Virus record (IMG/VR): IMGVR_UViG_3300029309_000046
Span: 1 to 56,835 of that record
Origin: a virus
Lineage: Duplodnaviria; Caudoviricetes
Direction: 5' to 3' (one strand)
DNA: 56,835 nt
Every line of letters begins with the position of its first letter. Positions within the stretch are counted from its first letter, which is position 1. A program made the translations under genes and the position numbers. This document shows positions 1-10,038 of this stretch, piece by piece. The notes under the pieces are model-generated. The model searched no databases. It saw only the letters and a program-made list of their open reading frames with translations, and had not been told where the DNA came from.

Positions 1-426
1 GCAATTAGATTAGACATAAATAACAATCCTAATTCAGGTCAGATAGAAAAATTAAAAGCACTTTGTGAAAATATTTTACAGCCGGTACGTGATCACTTCG
101 GCAGAGTAAAAGTGACTAGCGGTTTCCGTAGCGAACAGCTGTGTTTAAAAATAGGTAGCTCAGTCAACAGTCAACATGCCAAAGCCGAGGCAGCAGACTT
201 CGAATGTATGGGCACAGACAATGCAGAATTAGCTGATTGGATCAACCAAAACCTAGACTATGATCAATTAATATTGGAGTTCTACACTCCTGGTGAACCA
301 AACAGTGGCTGGATACATTGCAGCTACACTCCTGATCAACCAAGAAAACAATTCTTGCATGCTTACAAATCTGAAGGTAAAACTAAATATAAACCAATTA
401 TAGGAAAGGCTAAGGATTTAATATAA
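1..426 (+). CDS. Peptidase M15A-like (D-Ala-D-Ala carboxypeptidase/endolysin-type), 5'-truncated
   Basis: Frame is open from base 1 (AIRLDINNNP...LCENILQPVRDHFG-VKVTSGFRS); SQH..AEAAD and WIH Zn-ligand motifs typical of M15. Confidence 0.85.
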   Translation, partial: AIRLDINNNPNSGQIEKLKALCENILQPVRDHFGRVKVTSGFRSEQLCLKIGSSVNSQHAKAEAADFECMGTDNAELADWINQNLDYDQLILEFYTPGEPNSGWIHCSYTPDQPRKQFLHAYKSEGKTKYKPIIGKAKDLI

Positions 427-557
427 TGCCAATAGGAAGATCACAAATAAGAAAACAAGTAGAAGGTAAATTAAGAGGCGCGAGAGATGAGAAAAAGAAG
501 AAAAAACGTGTCATCGCCAAATTATATAGCAAAAAGTCTAAGGTCTTCAAAGTTTAG
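426..557 (+). CDS. Small basic protein (43 aa, MPIGRSQIRKQVEGKLRG...)
   Basis: Manually read; ATG overlaps the upstream TAA (TAATG coupling); below the ORF-track cutoff. Confidence 0.6.
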   Translation: MPIGRSQIRKQVEGKLRGARDEKKKKKRVIAKLYSKKSKVFKV

Positions 558-630
558 TCAAAAAGTGATACAATCTAAGAAATTGTACAACCGTAAAAAG
601 GATTTAAATGGCGACTTCAGGAACTACTAG
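487..630 (+). CDS. Small basic protein (47 aa), ArfA-like pattern
   Basis: Manually read: MRKRRKNVSSPNYIAKSLRSSKFSQKVIQSKKLYNRKKDLNGDFRNY. Confidence 0.55.
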   Translation: MRKRRKNVSSPNYIAKSLRSSKFSQKVIQSKKLYNRKKDLNGDFRNY

Positions 631-1303
631 TTTTGACCTTTCTATTGAAGAAATAATACAAGAGGCTTACGAAAGATGTGGTATGACGACAACTAGTGGT
701 CATAGTTTAAAATCTGCAAGAACGAGTTTAAATTTATTGTTTGCAGAGTGGGCTAATAGAGGTATTCACCTTTGGAAAGTTGCTCTTCATGAAAATGCTC
801 TCGTTTCTGGTCAAGCAGAATATAGTGTTAGTGCGGGTGTAAGTGATGTTTTAGAAGCTTTTGTTTCCTCTACTGCTGCAGGATCCAATAACGCAAACAC
901 ACAAGATGTATCTCTAACAAAAATTGATAGATCTGCATATGCAGCTTTACCAAACAAATTAGCTACAGGACAACCTTCACAGTATTATGTTGAAAGAGAA
1001 ACAACACCAAAAATTTATCTTTATCAAGCACCAGATTTAAATACTTACACTACTTTAAAATATTATGTTATAAAAAGAATAGAGGACGCTGGAGCGTACA
1101 CAAATGAAGCTGATGTAGTTTTTAGATTTTTACCATGTATGGTTGCAGGTTTAGCATATTATCTTGCTATGAAAAATGCACCACAATTAGTACAACAAAA
1201 TAAATTAATTTATGAGGATCAATTAAAAAGAGCATTGGATGAAGATGGTCAAAGAGCTTCAACGTATATTACACCACAATCTTTTTATCCTAGTGGAGTT
1301 TAA
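608..1303 (+). CDS. Virion structural protein, probable head-tail adaptor
   Basis: EEIIQEAYERCG..SLNLLFAEWANRG, GQPSQYY, FLPCMVAGLAYYLA pattern; position in the late module. Confidence 0.6.
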   Translation: MATSGTTSFDLSIEEIIQEAYERCGMTTTSGHSLKSARTSLNLLFAEWANRGIHLWKVALHENALVSGQAEYSVSAGVSDVLEAFVSSTAAGSNNANTQDVSLTKIDRSAYAALPNKLATGQPSQYYVERETTPKIYLYQAPDLNTYTTLKYYVIKRIEDAGAYTNEADVVFRFLPCMVAGLAYYLAMKNAPQLVQQNKLIYEDQLKRALDEDGQRASTYITPQSFYPSGV

Positions 1304-1305
1304 AT

Positions 1306-1746
1306 ATGGCAAAATACGCAACAGGAAAAAGATCACAAGCAATATCAGATAGATCAGGTATGGCCTTTCCTTACACTGAAATGGTAAAAGAGTGGAATGG
1401 CTCTCTTGTGCATATATCAGAATTTGAACCTAAGCATCCTCAAATAAGAAGAAAACACAACACAGCTGATGCAATAGCTTTACAAAACACAAGAAATATG
1501 AAGTTTCAACAACCATCAGTAAAATTTTCAAATGATGTTACCATATCAGATTCAGGCGGTGCATCTGTTGGTGTAGCAAATTTATCTTTACCTGGAGACT
1601 TTGCATTTAAAACACAGGATTTTAAAATAACAAGAAATGGTGTTACATCTATTATTCACAGCATGATTCCTGAAGATCCGTCTTTACAAAATAGAAGGAG
1701 AAAACTTTTATTTAATATAGGTCAGGTGGAGGTAAGTATTTCATAA
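1306..1746 (+). CDS. Conserved phage hypothetical (structural module)
   Basis: AISDRSG..FPY..MVKEWNG..V...EFEPKHPQ N-terminus; tightly coupled to neighbours. Confidence 0.6.
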   Translation: MAKYATGKRSQAISDRSGMAFPYTEMVKEWNGSLVHISEFEPKHPQIRRKHNTADAIALQNTRNMKFQQPSVKFSNDVTISDSGGASVGVANLSLPGDFAFKTQDFKITRNGVTSIIHSMIPEDPSLQNRRRKLLFNIGQVEVSIS

Positions 1747-2408
1747 TGGCTATTACACACTCAAATTTTTTAACACAAATAAGAAACTACACAGAGGTTT
1801 CAAGTAATGTTTTATCAGATTCTCAAATACAAGAATTTATAAGAAATGTTGAACTAGATGTAGCAGGGAAAGTTGACTATGATGATTTACGTAAATATGC
1901 GACTTCTAATTTTACGGCAGGAAATAGAGCAGTGAGTATGCCGTCAGATGTTTTAGTTTTAAGATCTGTGGAACACCTTGATTCAAGTGGTAATAGAAGT
2001 TTTTTAGAAAAAAGAGATACAAGTTTTATATCAGAATTTAATGGGACTGGAGCACAAGGACAACCAAAGTATTATGCTAATTGGGACGAATTTAATATTA
2101 TAGTAGCACCTGTTCCAGCTGCCGCAGATACAGTTCAAATAAATTACATAAAAGACCCACCTGAATTTACTTCTACTAATCAAACATACTTAGCTAAATA
2201 TCAAGAATCTATGTTGTTACATGGTGTGCTTACAGAGTGTTTTAGATTTTTAAAAGGCCCCATGGATATGTACAATCTATATGAAAAGAAGTACAATGAA
2301 GAAGTACAGAATTTTGCCCTACAACAAATGGGTAGAAGAAGACGAGCTGAGTATGACGATGGGGTTCCAAGAATACAAATTCCTAGTCCTACTCCAAACA
2401 CAAATTAA
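1746..2408 (+). CDS. Adaptor / tail tubular protein A-like
   Basis: GQPKYYA..IIVAPVP..VQINY..P pattern, LLHG.L helix; coupled start. Confidence 0.6.
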   Translation: MAITHSNFLTQIRNYTEVSSNVLSDSQIQEFIRNVELDVAGKVDYDDLRKYATSNFTAGNRAVSMPSDVLVLRSVEHLDSSGNRSFLEKRDTSFISEFNGTGAQGQPKYYANWDEFNIIVAPVPAAADTVQINYIKDPPEFTSTNQTYLAKYQESMLLHGVLTECFRFLKGPMDMYNLYEKKYNEEVQNFALQQMGRRRRAEYDDGVPRIQIPSPTPNTN

Positions 2409-2422
2409 TAAGGAGGCCAATT

Positions 2423-2866
2423 ATGGCAATAACAACAAATGCAATCTGTGATTCTTTTAAAAAAGAATTACTACAAGGAAAGCATGACTTTGATACATCA
2501 TCTGACACTTATAAGTTAGCAATGTACACAAGTTCTGCAACTTTAGGTAAATCAACTACAAACTATACAACTTCTAACGAAGTATCATCATCAAACTACA
2601 CAGCTGGTGGTGGAACTCTTGTTAACCAAGGTGTGAAGGTTTCTTCATCTGTAGCGATTACAGACTTTGCTGATTTATCTTTTCAAAACGTTACTCTTAC
2701 TGCAAGAGGAGCATTAATCTATAATACAACTACAGACGGTGGATCTAACACTACTGACGCTGTTGCTGTACTAGATTTCGGTGGAGACAAGACTGCAACT
2801 GCAGGAACATTTACAATTCAGTTTCCTGCATTTACGACATCTGCTGCGATCTTAAGATTAGCATAA
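2423..2866 (+). CDS. Virion structural (tail-associated) protein
   Basis: Strong RBS AAGGAGG; Thr/Ser/Ala-rich beta protein with NYTAGG and LDFGGDK..TAGTFTIQFP. Confidence 0.65.
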   Translation: MAITTNAICDSFKKELLQGKHDFDTSSDTYKLAMYTSSATLGKSTTNYTTSNEVSSSNYTAGGGTLVNQGVKVSSSVAITDFADLSFQNVTLTARGALIYNTTTDGGSNTTDAVAVLDFGGDKTATAGTFTIQFPAFTTSAAILRLA

Positions 2867-2879
2867 GGATTAAAATGAT

Positions 2880-3848
2880 ATGGCCACTGGATGGGGACGA
2901 AAAACATGGGGTGCATCAGAATGGGGAGACCTTTCTGACGAGATAGTTTCCGTTAGTGGCATATCATTAACATCATCAATTGGTTCTGAAACAGTAACAG
3001 CAAACGCTGATGTAAGTGTTTCAGGAATTTCATTATCATCTACCATTGGGACTTCAGTTGGTGGAACTTCAGCATTAGTAGATCCTGGCGTAGTTACCAT
3101 GTCTATTGGTGTTGGTAGCACTATTGTAGGAATAGGAGTTCCTGTTACAGGAGTTTCAATGACATCTAGCGTAGGAGCTGCTACTGTAGATGAAACTACC
3201 CTTACAGGAGAAGGTTGGGGTAGAGGTGAATGGGGTGAGTTTGCTTGGGGTGATAATTTCTCAGTTCAAGTAACAGGGCAATCTCTAACTTCTTCTATTG
3301 GAAATGAAACTGCATTTACAGATGTTACTGTCTCAGTAAGTGGATCTCAAGCGAGCTTTACTCAAGGAAGTTTCTCACTTCAAATTGATGGAGATGTAAT
3401 TGTTTTAGCTGCAGAGGATCAATTAGATTTTACAATAGGTTCTAGTTCTTTATCTGCAGACGCTAACGTAACAGTATCTGGAATTTCTTTAACTTCTTCA
3501 CAAGGAAATACTGTAGGTGGTTTGAAAACTCCAGTTCCTGTAACAGGAAGTCAAGCATCTTTAACACAAGGAAATATTACATTAATTCAAAGCACTAATG
3601 AATCAGTAACTGGTATTTCTGCAACAATGACACTTGGTCAACATGCAGAAATACCAGGACAAATTATAGGTGTATCTGGACTCTCTATTACCTCATCTTT
3701 GGGAGAAGAAGGTATTACAGGAGATGGATTAGTAATACCAACGGGACAATCATTGACTTCTTCTGTGGGTAGCGTTAATATTACTGCGTGGTCTGAGATA
3801 GATTTAGGAGTATCAAATACTTGGACAGTGGTTGATTTAGCCGCCTAG
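2880..3848 (+). CDS. Repetitive tail/fibre protein
   Basis: WG-repeat blocks (GWGRKTWGASEWG, GWGRGEWGEFAWG) and ~19-aa V-x-V-x-G-x-S-x-T-S-S-x-G repeats. Confidence 0.6.
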   Translation: MATGWGRKTWGASEWGDLSDEIVSVSGISLTSSIGSETVTANADVSVSGISLSSTIGTSVGGTSALVDPGVVTMSIGVGSTIVGIGVPVTGVSMTSSVGAATVDETTLTGEGWGRGEWGEFAWGDNFSVQVTGQSLTSSIGNETAFTDVTVSVSGSQASFTQGSFSLQIDGDVIVLAAEDQLDFTIGSSSLSADANVTVSGISLTSSQGNTVGGLKTPVPVTGSQASLTQGNITLIQSTNESVTGISATMTLGQHAEIPGQIIGVSGLSITSSLGEEGITGDGLVIPTGQSLTSSVGSVNITAWSEIDLGVSNTWTVVDLAA

Positions 3849-3884
3849 TTCATGTAATATAAAAATTATTAAGGAGAATTTTTT

Positions 3885-5147
3885 ATGGCATCAAGTTATT
3901 CAAGTGACCTAAAATTAGAACTAATGGTAACCGGTGAAAACGCTGGTACATGGGGTGATAAAACAAACACAAACTTAAACTTAATTCAACAAGCTGTAGC
4001 TGGTTTTGAACAAATCACACTAACATCTGGAGGCACTGTTGCATTAACAATGTCTGACGGTGCAATATCAAACGCAAGAAATTTAGTAATTAAATTTGCT
4101 ACAGCAACTATTGCTGCGAGTACAGTTTGTACTATACCAGATTCAATAGAAAAATTTTATATCTTTGATTGTTCAGGATTAACAAATGCCAATAATTTAA
4201 CAATTAAAACTGCATCAGGAACTGGTTTTAGTCCAACTGTTGCAGGGGCTGCTAGTTCAAAAATTTTTGCAGCATATTCAGATGGAACAAATTTAAACGA
4301 AATTTCTTTAAACACTTTAGGTGGTACAATTGCTACTGCTAATTTAGAAGCATCTGCAGTTACTACTTCAATTATTGCAGATGACGCTGTAACTTCAGCT
4401 AAAATAGCTGACGATGCCGTTGTCGCCGCTGCAATAGCTGATAATGCTGTCGTCACTGCTGCGATTGCTGACGATGCTGTGACTCAAGCCAAAATTGCTG
4501 ACGATGCAGTTGGAGCAGATCAACTTGCAAACACTACAGTAACAGCAGGGTCTTACACTGCATCAGATATTACAGTTGATGCTCAAGGAAGAATTACAGC
4601 CGCATCAGATGGATCATCAGGTGGAGGAAGTTTTTTATTTAAAGAAGCACATGGAGGTCCTTCTTCAGGAACTTACACAGCAAATGCAGCCGCAACACTT
4701 GCACAAATGTATGTATCTGGTGGTGGTGGTGGAAATGGTAGTAGCTTGCCTTTTCAAGGTTCAGGTGGGCCTGGCGGAAGAGGAGGCTTTGGGATTGTCT
4801 CTGTTGATGTAACGGCACCTTTTTCTCAACCATTTTCGGTAGGTACTGGAGGTAATCCTGCCGGCCCAGCTAATAATGCAGTACCTGGTAATGCAGGTAA
4901 TGCTACTAATATGGCATCGACATTCACAGCTAACGGTGGCGGTGGCGGTGGCGGGGCCAACTACAGAAACCCTGGTTCAGTAGGAGCTGCTGGTAACCTT
5001 AGTGTAACCTCACCATCTACTCAGTTAACACATGGATCTTACCCTAGTGTATATGCAACAGCAGGTGCAACAAGTAATAATATAATATCTTTTGGTGCCC
5101 AAGGACAACAAGGTTTAATACTTATTTTAGAAAATACAGGAACTTAA
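3885..5147 (+). CDS. Tail fibre protein
   Basis: RBS AAGGAG; N-terminal GENAGTWGDKTNTNL anchor, IADDAV repeats, ITVDAQGRIT motif, Gly-rich C-terminal domain. Confidence 0.75.
   Translation: MASSYSSDLKLELMVTGENAGTWGDKTNTNLNLIQQAVAGFEQITLTSGGTVALTMSDGAISNARNLVIKFATATIAASTVCTIPDSIEKFYIFDCSGLTNANNLTIKTASGTGFSPTVAGAASSKIFAAYSDGTNLNEISLNTLGGTIATANLEASAVTTSIIADDAVTSAKIADDAVVAAAIADNAVVTAAIADDAVTQAKIADDAVGADQLANTTVTAGSYTASDITVDAQGRITAASDGSSGGGSFLFKEAHGGPSSGTYTANAAATLAQMYVSGGGGGNGSSLPFQGSGGPGGRGGFGIVSVDVTAPFSQPFSVGTGGNPAGPANNAVPGNAGNATNMASTFTANGGGGGGGANYRNPGSVGAAGNLSVTSPSTQLTHGSYPSVYATAGATSNNIISFGAQGQQGLILILENTGT
4372..4540 (+). repeat. Coding tandem repeat, ~30-nt/10-aa units (IADDAVTxAK)
   Basis: At least five IAD(D/N)AV units in the translation. 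Confidence 0.8.
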
Positions 5148-5148
5148 A

Positions 5149-5601
5149 ATGGCAAAAATACTCTTTACAAAAAATTCTGTAAATCAAATTGGAGCTGTAG
5201 GTCACATTGCTCAAGATCAAAATTTTTTAGATTCAAATAAAAATTTTGATGAAGCTAACTTTGATATTCTAGATATTACAACAGAAGAATTTAATGACGT
5301 TAAAAATGGTGTAAAATTTGTATTAAGCCATAACGGGGAAACCGTTAGTTTTAACACAAGAGATACATCAGAAGATTTTTTTGATACAGAAAATGATTTA
5401 AAAACATACATCAATGATTTACTTGAACGTTTTGAAACATATTTACAATTTAATTCTTCTAAACCTTTAGCAAACACTGTTACTGTTTATTCAGATTGGT
5501 TAAAAAATTTAGATACTTCGTCAGTTTCTTTAAATTCAAGTTTAGAAAAATATGCAAGTGATCAAGGTGTAAATCCTGTACATCCACTTGAATTACTTTA
5601 A
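5149..5601 (+). CDS. Hypothetical; possible tail-fibre chaperone
   Basis: Directly downstream of the fibre gene; acidic 150-aa ORF. Confidence 0.5.
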   Translation: MAKILFTKNSVNQIGAVGHIAQDQNFLDSNKNFDEANFDILDITTEEFNDVKNGVKFVLSHNGETVSFNTRDTSEDFFDTENDLKTYINDLLERFETYLQFNSSKPLANTVTVYSDWLKNLDTSSVSLNSSLEKYASDQGVNPVHPLELL

Positions 5602-5645
5602 TTTTTGTTTACATTTTTTTTAAGAAAATATATATATTTATTTTT

Positions 5646-6386
5646 ATGTTTGAAAATAAAATAGAATTTATTGCACACGAAGATTATGTAGACCTAAAAC
5701 AAGACCACCCAACTCCTATTAAATTAAATATTCCTAAATGGTATAAAAAATTAGAACATCAAATTTTTAAAAAAACTGTTAAGGGATGTATGCCTTTTTT
5801 AGATACATTAACATCTGGTTACCTTTTAAAGGTAGCTCAAGATTATGCTTTTAAATCATCTAAAAATGAAAAAGGAGAGGGTATACTAGAATGGCATCCA
5901 GCTAACTTAGATGGTTTACAATTCCAAGAAAAATCAATAAATTTAAATTCTTCACAGCCTAGTCTTCATTCTACAGATCAAATTTTAGGATCTCAATTGG
6001 TAGAGAAAAATAATAATGGGCCATTCATAAAAATATTAAACCCTTGGATTATTAAAACACCCCCCGGATATTCTTGTTTATTTTTACCTCCAATGAATAA
6101 CAGTGATGATAGATTTTCAATAATACCTGGAATAGTAGATACAGATTCATTTAAACAAGAAATTAATTTTCCAATAGTTTTAAATGGAGATAAATATCCT
6201 ATTATTGATACTATAATTAAAAGAGGTACTCCTTATGTTCAAATAATACCTTTCAAAAGAGAAAGTTGGTCAATGAAAATAAAATCTGTTACAACAAATC
6301 AATTAAAAAAACAAAAAATGTTTTATGAATTAAATATTATACATAATTATAAAAATAATTTTTGGAATAAGAAAAAATGGAATTAA
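5646..6386 (+). CDS. Conserved phage hypothetical (DUF6065-like, dUTPase-like fold suspected)
   Basis: TVKGCMPFLD, PWIIKTPPGYSCLF, PGIVDTD, GTPYVQIIPFKRE motifs. Confidence 0.55.
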   Translation: MFENKIEFIAHEDYVDLKQDHPTPIKLNIPKWYKKLEHQIFKKTVKGCMPFLDTLTSGYLLKVAQDYAFKSSKNEKGEGILEWHPANLDGLQFQEKSINLNSSQPSLHSTDQILGSQLVEKNNNGPFIKILNPWIIKTPPGYSCLFLPPMNNSDDRFSIIPGIVDTDSFKQEINFPIVLNGDKYPIIDTIIKRGTPYVQIIPFKRESWSMKIKSVTTNQLKKQKMFYELNIIHNYKNNFWNKKKWN

Positions 6387-6937
6387 TAAATTTTATTTCT
6401 GTTTATGATGATATTTTACCCAAAAAACCTTTTGGAAAATTATTTAAAGTTTGTAAAGATTTAGACTGGCAAGATGCTTTTATTGGCAATGGATTATTAA
6501 ATAAAAACATAAGAAAAGTAAAAGTGCGTGAATTGTTGGATATTAGTAATTCAATGACTGAAGTTCATTGGTGTAACGTTATGGAAAATATTTTTAAAGT
6601 TAATATAGAAAAGTATGTGAATAGAAATAAAATTAAAAATATGTACAGCAAAGAATTAGAAGTAATACAAGTGTTAAAATATAGTGAATCAGATCACTAC
6701 GTTTGGCATTACGATGGTGGAACAAACTATCCAAGAACAATAAGTTGTGTATATTTTTTAAATGAAGATTATGAAGGAGGTGAACTTTGTTTTCAAAACC
6801 CAGATGGAACAGGTGAATTTGCAATACCTGTAAAAGAAAACAGAATGGTAATATGGCCTTCTACTTTTTTGTATCCTCATAGGGTTAAACCAGTTAAAAA
6901 AGGGGAAAGGTATAGCATCGTATCATGGTCAGTATAA
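6377..6937 (+). CDS. 2OG-Fe(II) oxygenase, prolyl-4-hydroxylase-like
   Basis: HYD...YFLNEDYEGGELCF...PHRVKPVKKGERYSIVSW. Confidence 0.9.
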   Translation: MELINFISVYDDILPKKPFGKLFKVCKDLDWQDAFIGNGLLNKNIRKVKVRELLDISNSMTEVHWCNVMENIFKVNIEKYVNRNKIKNMYSKELEVIQVLKYSESDHYVWHYDGGTNYPRTISCVYFLNEDYEGGELCFQNPDGTGEFAIPVKENRMVIWPSTFLYPHRVKPVKKGERYSIVSWSV

Positions 6938-7500
6938 GAGAATTTAAATATAAAAAAATAAAAGATTTTTTAACTTTATCGGAAAAAAATCTTTTAAAAG
7001 ATTATTGTAGAATAGCACATAGATTAAATAAAAAAAATTATGATTTGGATCCAGAAAATAGTGGAACAACAAATTTTGATACATCTATTTATGCAGATCC
7101 TATCATGGAATCTTTGTTAGTAAATAAAAATTCACAGATGGAAAAAATTACTGGACTTTCTTTAAAACCAACTTATGCTTTTTGGAGAATGTATACCAAA
7201 TATGCTGAGTTAAAACCACACAAAGATCGGCCTGCTTGTGAAATTAGTGTCACTATAAATATAGGTGGTGATGGAACTGATTGGCCAATTATTATAGATG
7301 AAAATCCAATTAATTTAAAACCAGGAGAGGCTTCTGTATATTTAGGTTGTGAACTTATTCATTCTAGAAAAGAATTTTTAGGAGATTGGCAAGCTCAAGT
7401 TTTTCTTCACTACGTAGACGCAAATGGACCTTTTGCAGATCATTGGAAAGACAAAAGGGTTAAGTGGGGTACACAATTCATTAATAAAGAAGCCAGATAA
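6925..7500 (+). CDS. 2OG-Fe(II) oxygenase
   Basis: LKPHKDRPACEISVT, LIHSR, QVFLHYV motifs. Confidence 0.8.
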   Translation: MVSIREFKYKKIKDFLTLSEKNLLKDYCRIAHRLNKKNYDLDPENSGTTNFDTSIYADPIMESLLVNKNSQMEKITGLSLKPTYAFWRMYTKYAELKPHKDRPACEISVTINIGGDGTDWPIIIDENPINLKPGEASVYLGCELIHSRKEFLGDWQAQVFLHYVDANGPFADHWKDKRVKWGTQFINKEAR

Positions 7501-7502
7501 TA

Positions 7503-7721
7503 ATGAAATTTATACAATTTAAAGATGGTTCTTGTGATATCCTTTTTGAAGAACATGAAATAAAAATTATAAATAAAAATAAAAAACTACATTTACCTGC
7601 TGTAACTCTTAGACATTTTGGCAATGTATTGTCAAAAATGGTAATGGAGTGGAATGTTAATTTTAATGATGATGTAAAGAAATTGTTCACAGATAATTCT
7701 ACAGAGATAAAGGGAAAATAA
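7503..7721 (+). CDS. Hypothetical protein
   Basis: 72-aa ORF tightly packed in the operon. Confidence 0.6.
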   Translation: MKFIQFKDGSCDILFEEHEIKIINKNKKLHLPAVTLRHFGNVLSKMVMEWNVNFNDDVKKLFTDNSTEIKGK

Positions 7722-7724
7722 AAA

Positions 7725-8228
7725 TTGAATTATAAAATAATTGATAATTTTTTAGAAGAAGAAAAATTTAATAATTTGAGTAATTTTATAAAAGGCACAG
7801 ATATACCTTGGTTTGTTAACGAAGATGATGTTGAAAATAATACAAAAAATAAAAATGGTTTTTTTAGACATGTGTTTTACCACCGTTATGAATCTAAAAG
7901 TAATTGGATTACAAAAATTAATCCTATTATGGAAAAATTAAATCCTATTAGTCTCATCTCTATAAGAGCAAATTTAAATGTAAGAGATATAGATTCTGTT
8001 GAATCTTCTTATCATATAGACAACAAAAGTTTTTTAGCTCACACTGCTATTTTTTTTCTCAACGATTGTAATTCTAAAACATTTTTGAAATTACCTAATA
8101 AAGAGATAATTGTTGGAAGCAAAGAAAATAGAATGCTTATATTTAAATCATCAATATATCATAAAGTGATATATGCTACCGATATACATAAAAGATATGT
8201 AATTAATTTTAATTACATTCAAGATTAA
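7725..8228 (+). CDS. 2OG-Fe(II) oxygenase-like
   Basis: HID...TAIFFLN...ENRMLIF...H...RYVINFNY. Confidence 0.75.
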   Translation: MNYKIIDNFLEEEKFNNLSNFIKGTDIPWFVNEDDVENNTKNKNGFFRHVFYHRYESKSNWITKINPIMEKLNPISLISIRANLNVRDIDSVESSYHIDNKSFLAHTAIFFLNDCNSKTFLKLPNKEIIVGSKENRMLIFKSSIYHKVIYATDIHKRYVINFNYIQD

Positions 8229-8230
8229 AA

Positions 8231-8704
8231 ATGAATTTTAAAATAATTGACAATTTTTTAGAAAAAGATTGTTTTGATAATATAAAAAAATTATCATGGG
8301 ATGCAAAAATTCCTTGGTATAAAGGAGAAGTAAATGATGTAGATGATAGTATATATTTTACTCATATTTTATTTGATGGGGAAAAATTACAAGTTTCTTA
8401 TTTATTAGAAAAATACAAACCATTAATTTCTTTACTTGAAATTAAATCATTAATAAGAATTAAAATTAATTATTATCCATCTAACAATGTAGTTAAAAAA
8501 CATGAATATCATTTTGATAAACCTTTTACTCACAAAGGCGCAATTTTTTCATTAAATACTTGTGATGGAGGAACATACATTCAAGATGAATTTGTACCCT
8601 CTATAGAAAATAGGTTATTATTATTTAATCCTGCAGAAAAACATTGTAGCACTGATACTACTGATAAAAAAGGTAGAATGAACATTAATTTCAATTATTT
8701 TTAA
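8231..8704 (+). CDS. 2OG-Fe(II) oxygenase-like (paralog of previous)
   Basis: HFD...AIFSLNTCDGGT...ENRLLLF...H...RMNINFNYF. Confidence 0.75.
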   Translation: MNFKIIDNFLEKDCFDNIKKLSWDAKIPWYKGEVNDVDDSIYFTHILFDGEKLQVSYLLEKYKPLISLLEIKSLIRIKINYYPSNNVVKKHEYHFDKPFTHKGAIFSLNTCDGGTYIQDEFVPSIENRLLLFNPAEKHCSTDTTDKKGRMNINFNYF

Positions 8705-8706
8705 AA

Positions 8707-9444
8707 ATGAATTTTAATTTTTTGTGTTCTCTTCCAAGATCAGGTAATACTTTACTTGGTTCGATTATAAATCAAAACGAAAATTTAAATATAACAGCTA
8801 ATACGATACTTACTGATGTTATTTATCAGCTGCATCTTTTAAAAAATAATGAAATTTTTTTAAATTTTCCTGACGAGAAATCACTTAATAATATTATTAA
8901 AAATTTATTTAATAATTATTATAAAGATTGGAAAGCAAAATTTATTATTGATAGAGGTTCATGGGGAACACCAGATAATTTAAAATTGTTAAAAACTATA
9001 ATTAAAAAACCTAAATTTATTATTTTAAAAAGACCTTTATTAGAATGTCTTGCTTCGTACATAAAAATAGAACAACCTAAAAATGTTGAAAAAAGATGTG
9101 ATGAATTGATTAGCCCTGAAGGAATGATAGGAAAAAATTTATGGAGTATTAAAAATATAATAGATCAGAAAGAAAATTTTATTATTATTAATTATAATGA
9201 CTTAGTAAATAATCCATTAAATGAAATAAACAAAATATATGATTTCTTAGATATAGAAAAATTTAATCATGATTTTAATAATATAAATCAATTTACAGCA
9301 AACAATATTAAATACAATGATGTTATCCTAAATGCTCCTTTTCATACAATAAGAACAAATAAAATAGAACTAAATAAAATTGAAGTTACAAAATATTTAC
9401 CTTATATTATTATTAATAAATATTCTGACTTAGATATTGTATAA
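8707..9444 (+). CDS. Sulfotransferase family protein
   Basis: 5'-PSB motif SLPRSGNTLL, 3'-PB-like ILKRPLLECLAS, Y.DLV.NP...I..IY.FL. Confidence 0.85.
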   Translation: MNFNFLCSLPRSGNTLLGSIINQNENLNITANTILTDVIYQLHLLKNNEIFLNFPDEKSLNNIIKNLFNNYYKDWKAKFIIDRGSWGTPDNLKLLKTIIKKPKFIILKRPLLECLASYIKIEQPKNVEKRCDELISPEGMIGKNLWSIKNIIDQKENFIIINYNDLVNNPLNEINKIYDFLDIEKFNHDFNNINQFTANNIKYNDVILNAPFHTIRTNKIELNKIEVTKYLPYIIINKYSDLDIV

Positions 9445-9974
9445 TGAAAATAAATTTATTTGAATCACACATTTACATAGATAATATAGATTGTTCTAAA
9501 ATTAATTTAGAAAATGAAAATTTTAAAAAAACTTGGGACTCTGAAACCTATAGCTCAAATTTATTTCAAAATAAACTAGATGAAGATTCACAATCTTATT
9601 TAATTAATAAAATTGGTAGTTTATTACAAAGTCAAATTTTAAAAGATTTTAAAATATCAATAACAGGTATTTGGCAAAATAATTATATCAAGGATGATTT
9701 TCAAGAAAAACATATGCACCCAGATTCACATTTTTCTTTTGTTATTTATAAAAAAATAGAAGAATCTAAAACTATTTTTTACCATCCAGTTCAAGATTTA
9801 ATTGCCTGTATGTATCCAACTGAATTTTTGCAAAAAACAAATTTTTTTCAACAAAAATTTGAAACGAAATGTCGTGAAAATCAAATAGTCTTGTTTCCTA
9901 GTTATTTAAAACACATGGTAAAAAAAAATAGTAATTCTATTACAATCTCAGGTAATATATTAATAACAGTGTAA
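9444..9974 (+). CDS. Putative 2OG-Fe(II) oxygenase (TIGR02466-like)
   Basis: W.N.Y...DFQEKHMHP.SHFSFVIY, LFPSYLKHMV, ITISGNI. Confidence 0.8.
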   Translation: MKINLFESHIYIDNIDCSKINLENENFKKTWDSETYSSNLFQNKLDEDSQSYLINKIGSLLQSQILKDFKISITGIWQNNYIKDDFQEKHMHPDSHFSFVIYKKIEESKTIFYHPVQDLIACMYPTEFLQKTNFFQQKFETKCRENQIVLFPSYLKHMVKKNSNSITISGNILITV

Positions 9975-10038
9975 TATTTTAACATTACAACGTGTAGATA
10001 CTTTTGTTCTCTGCAAAACTAATATATAATACAAAATT

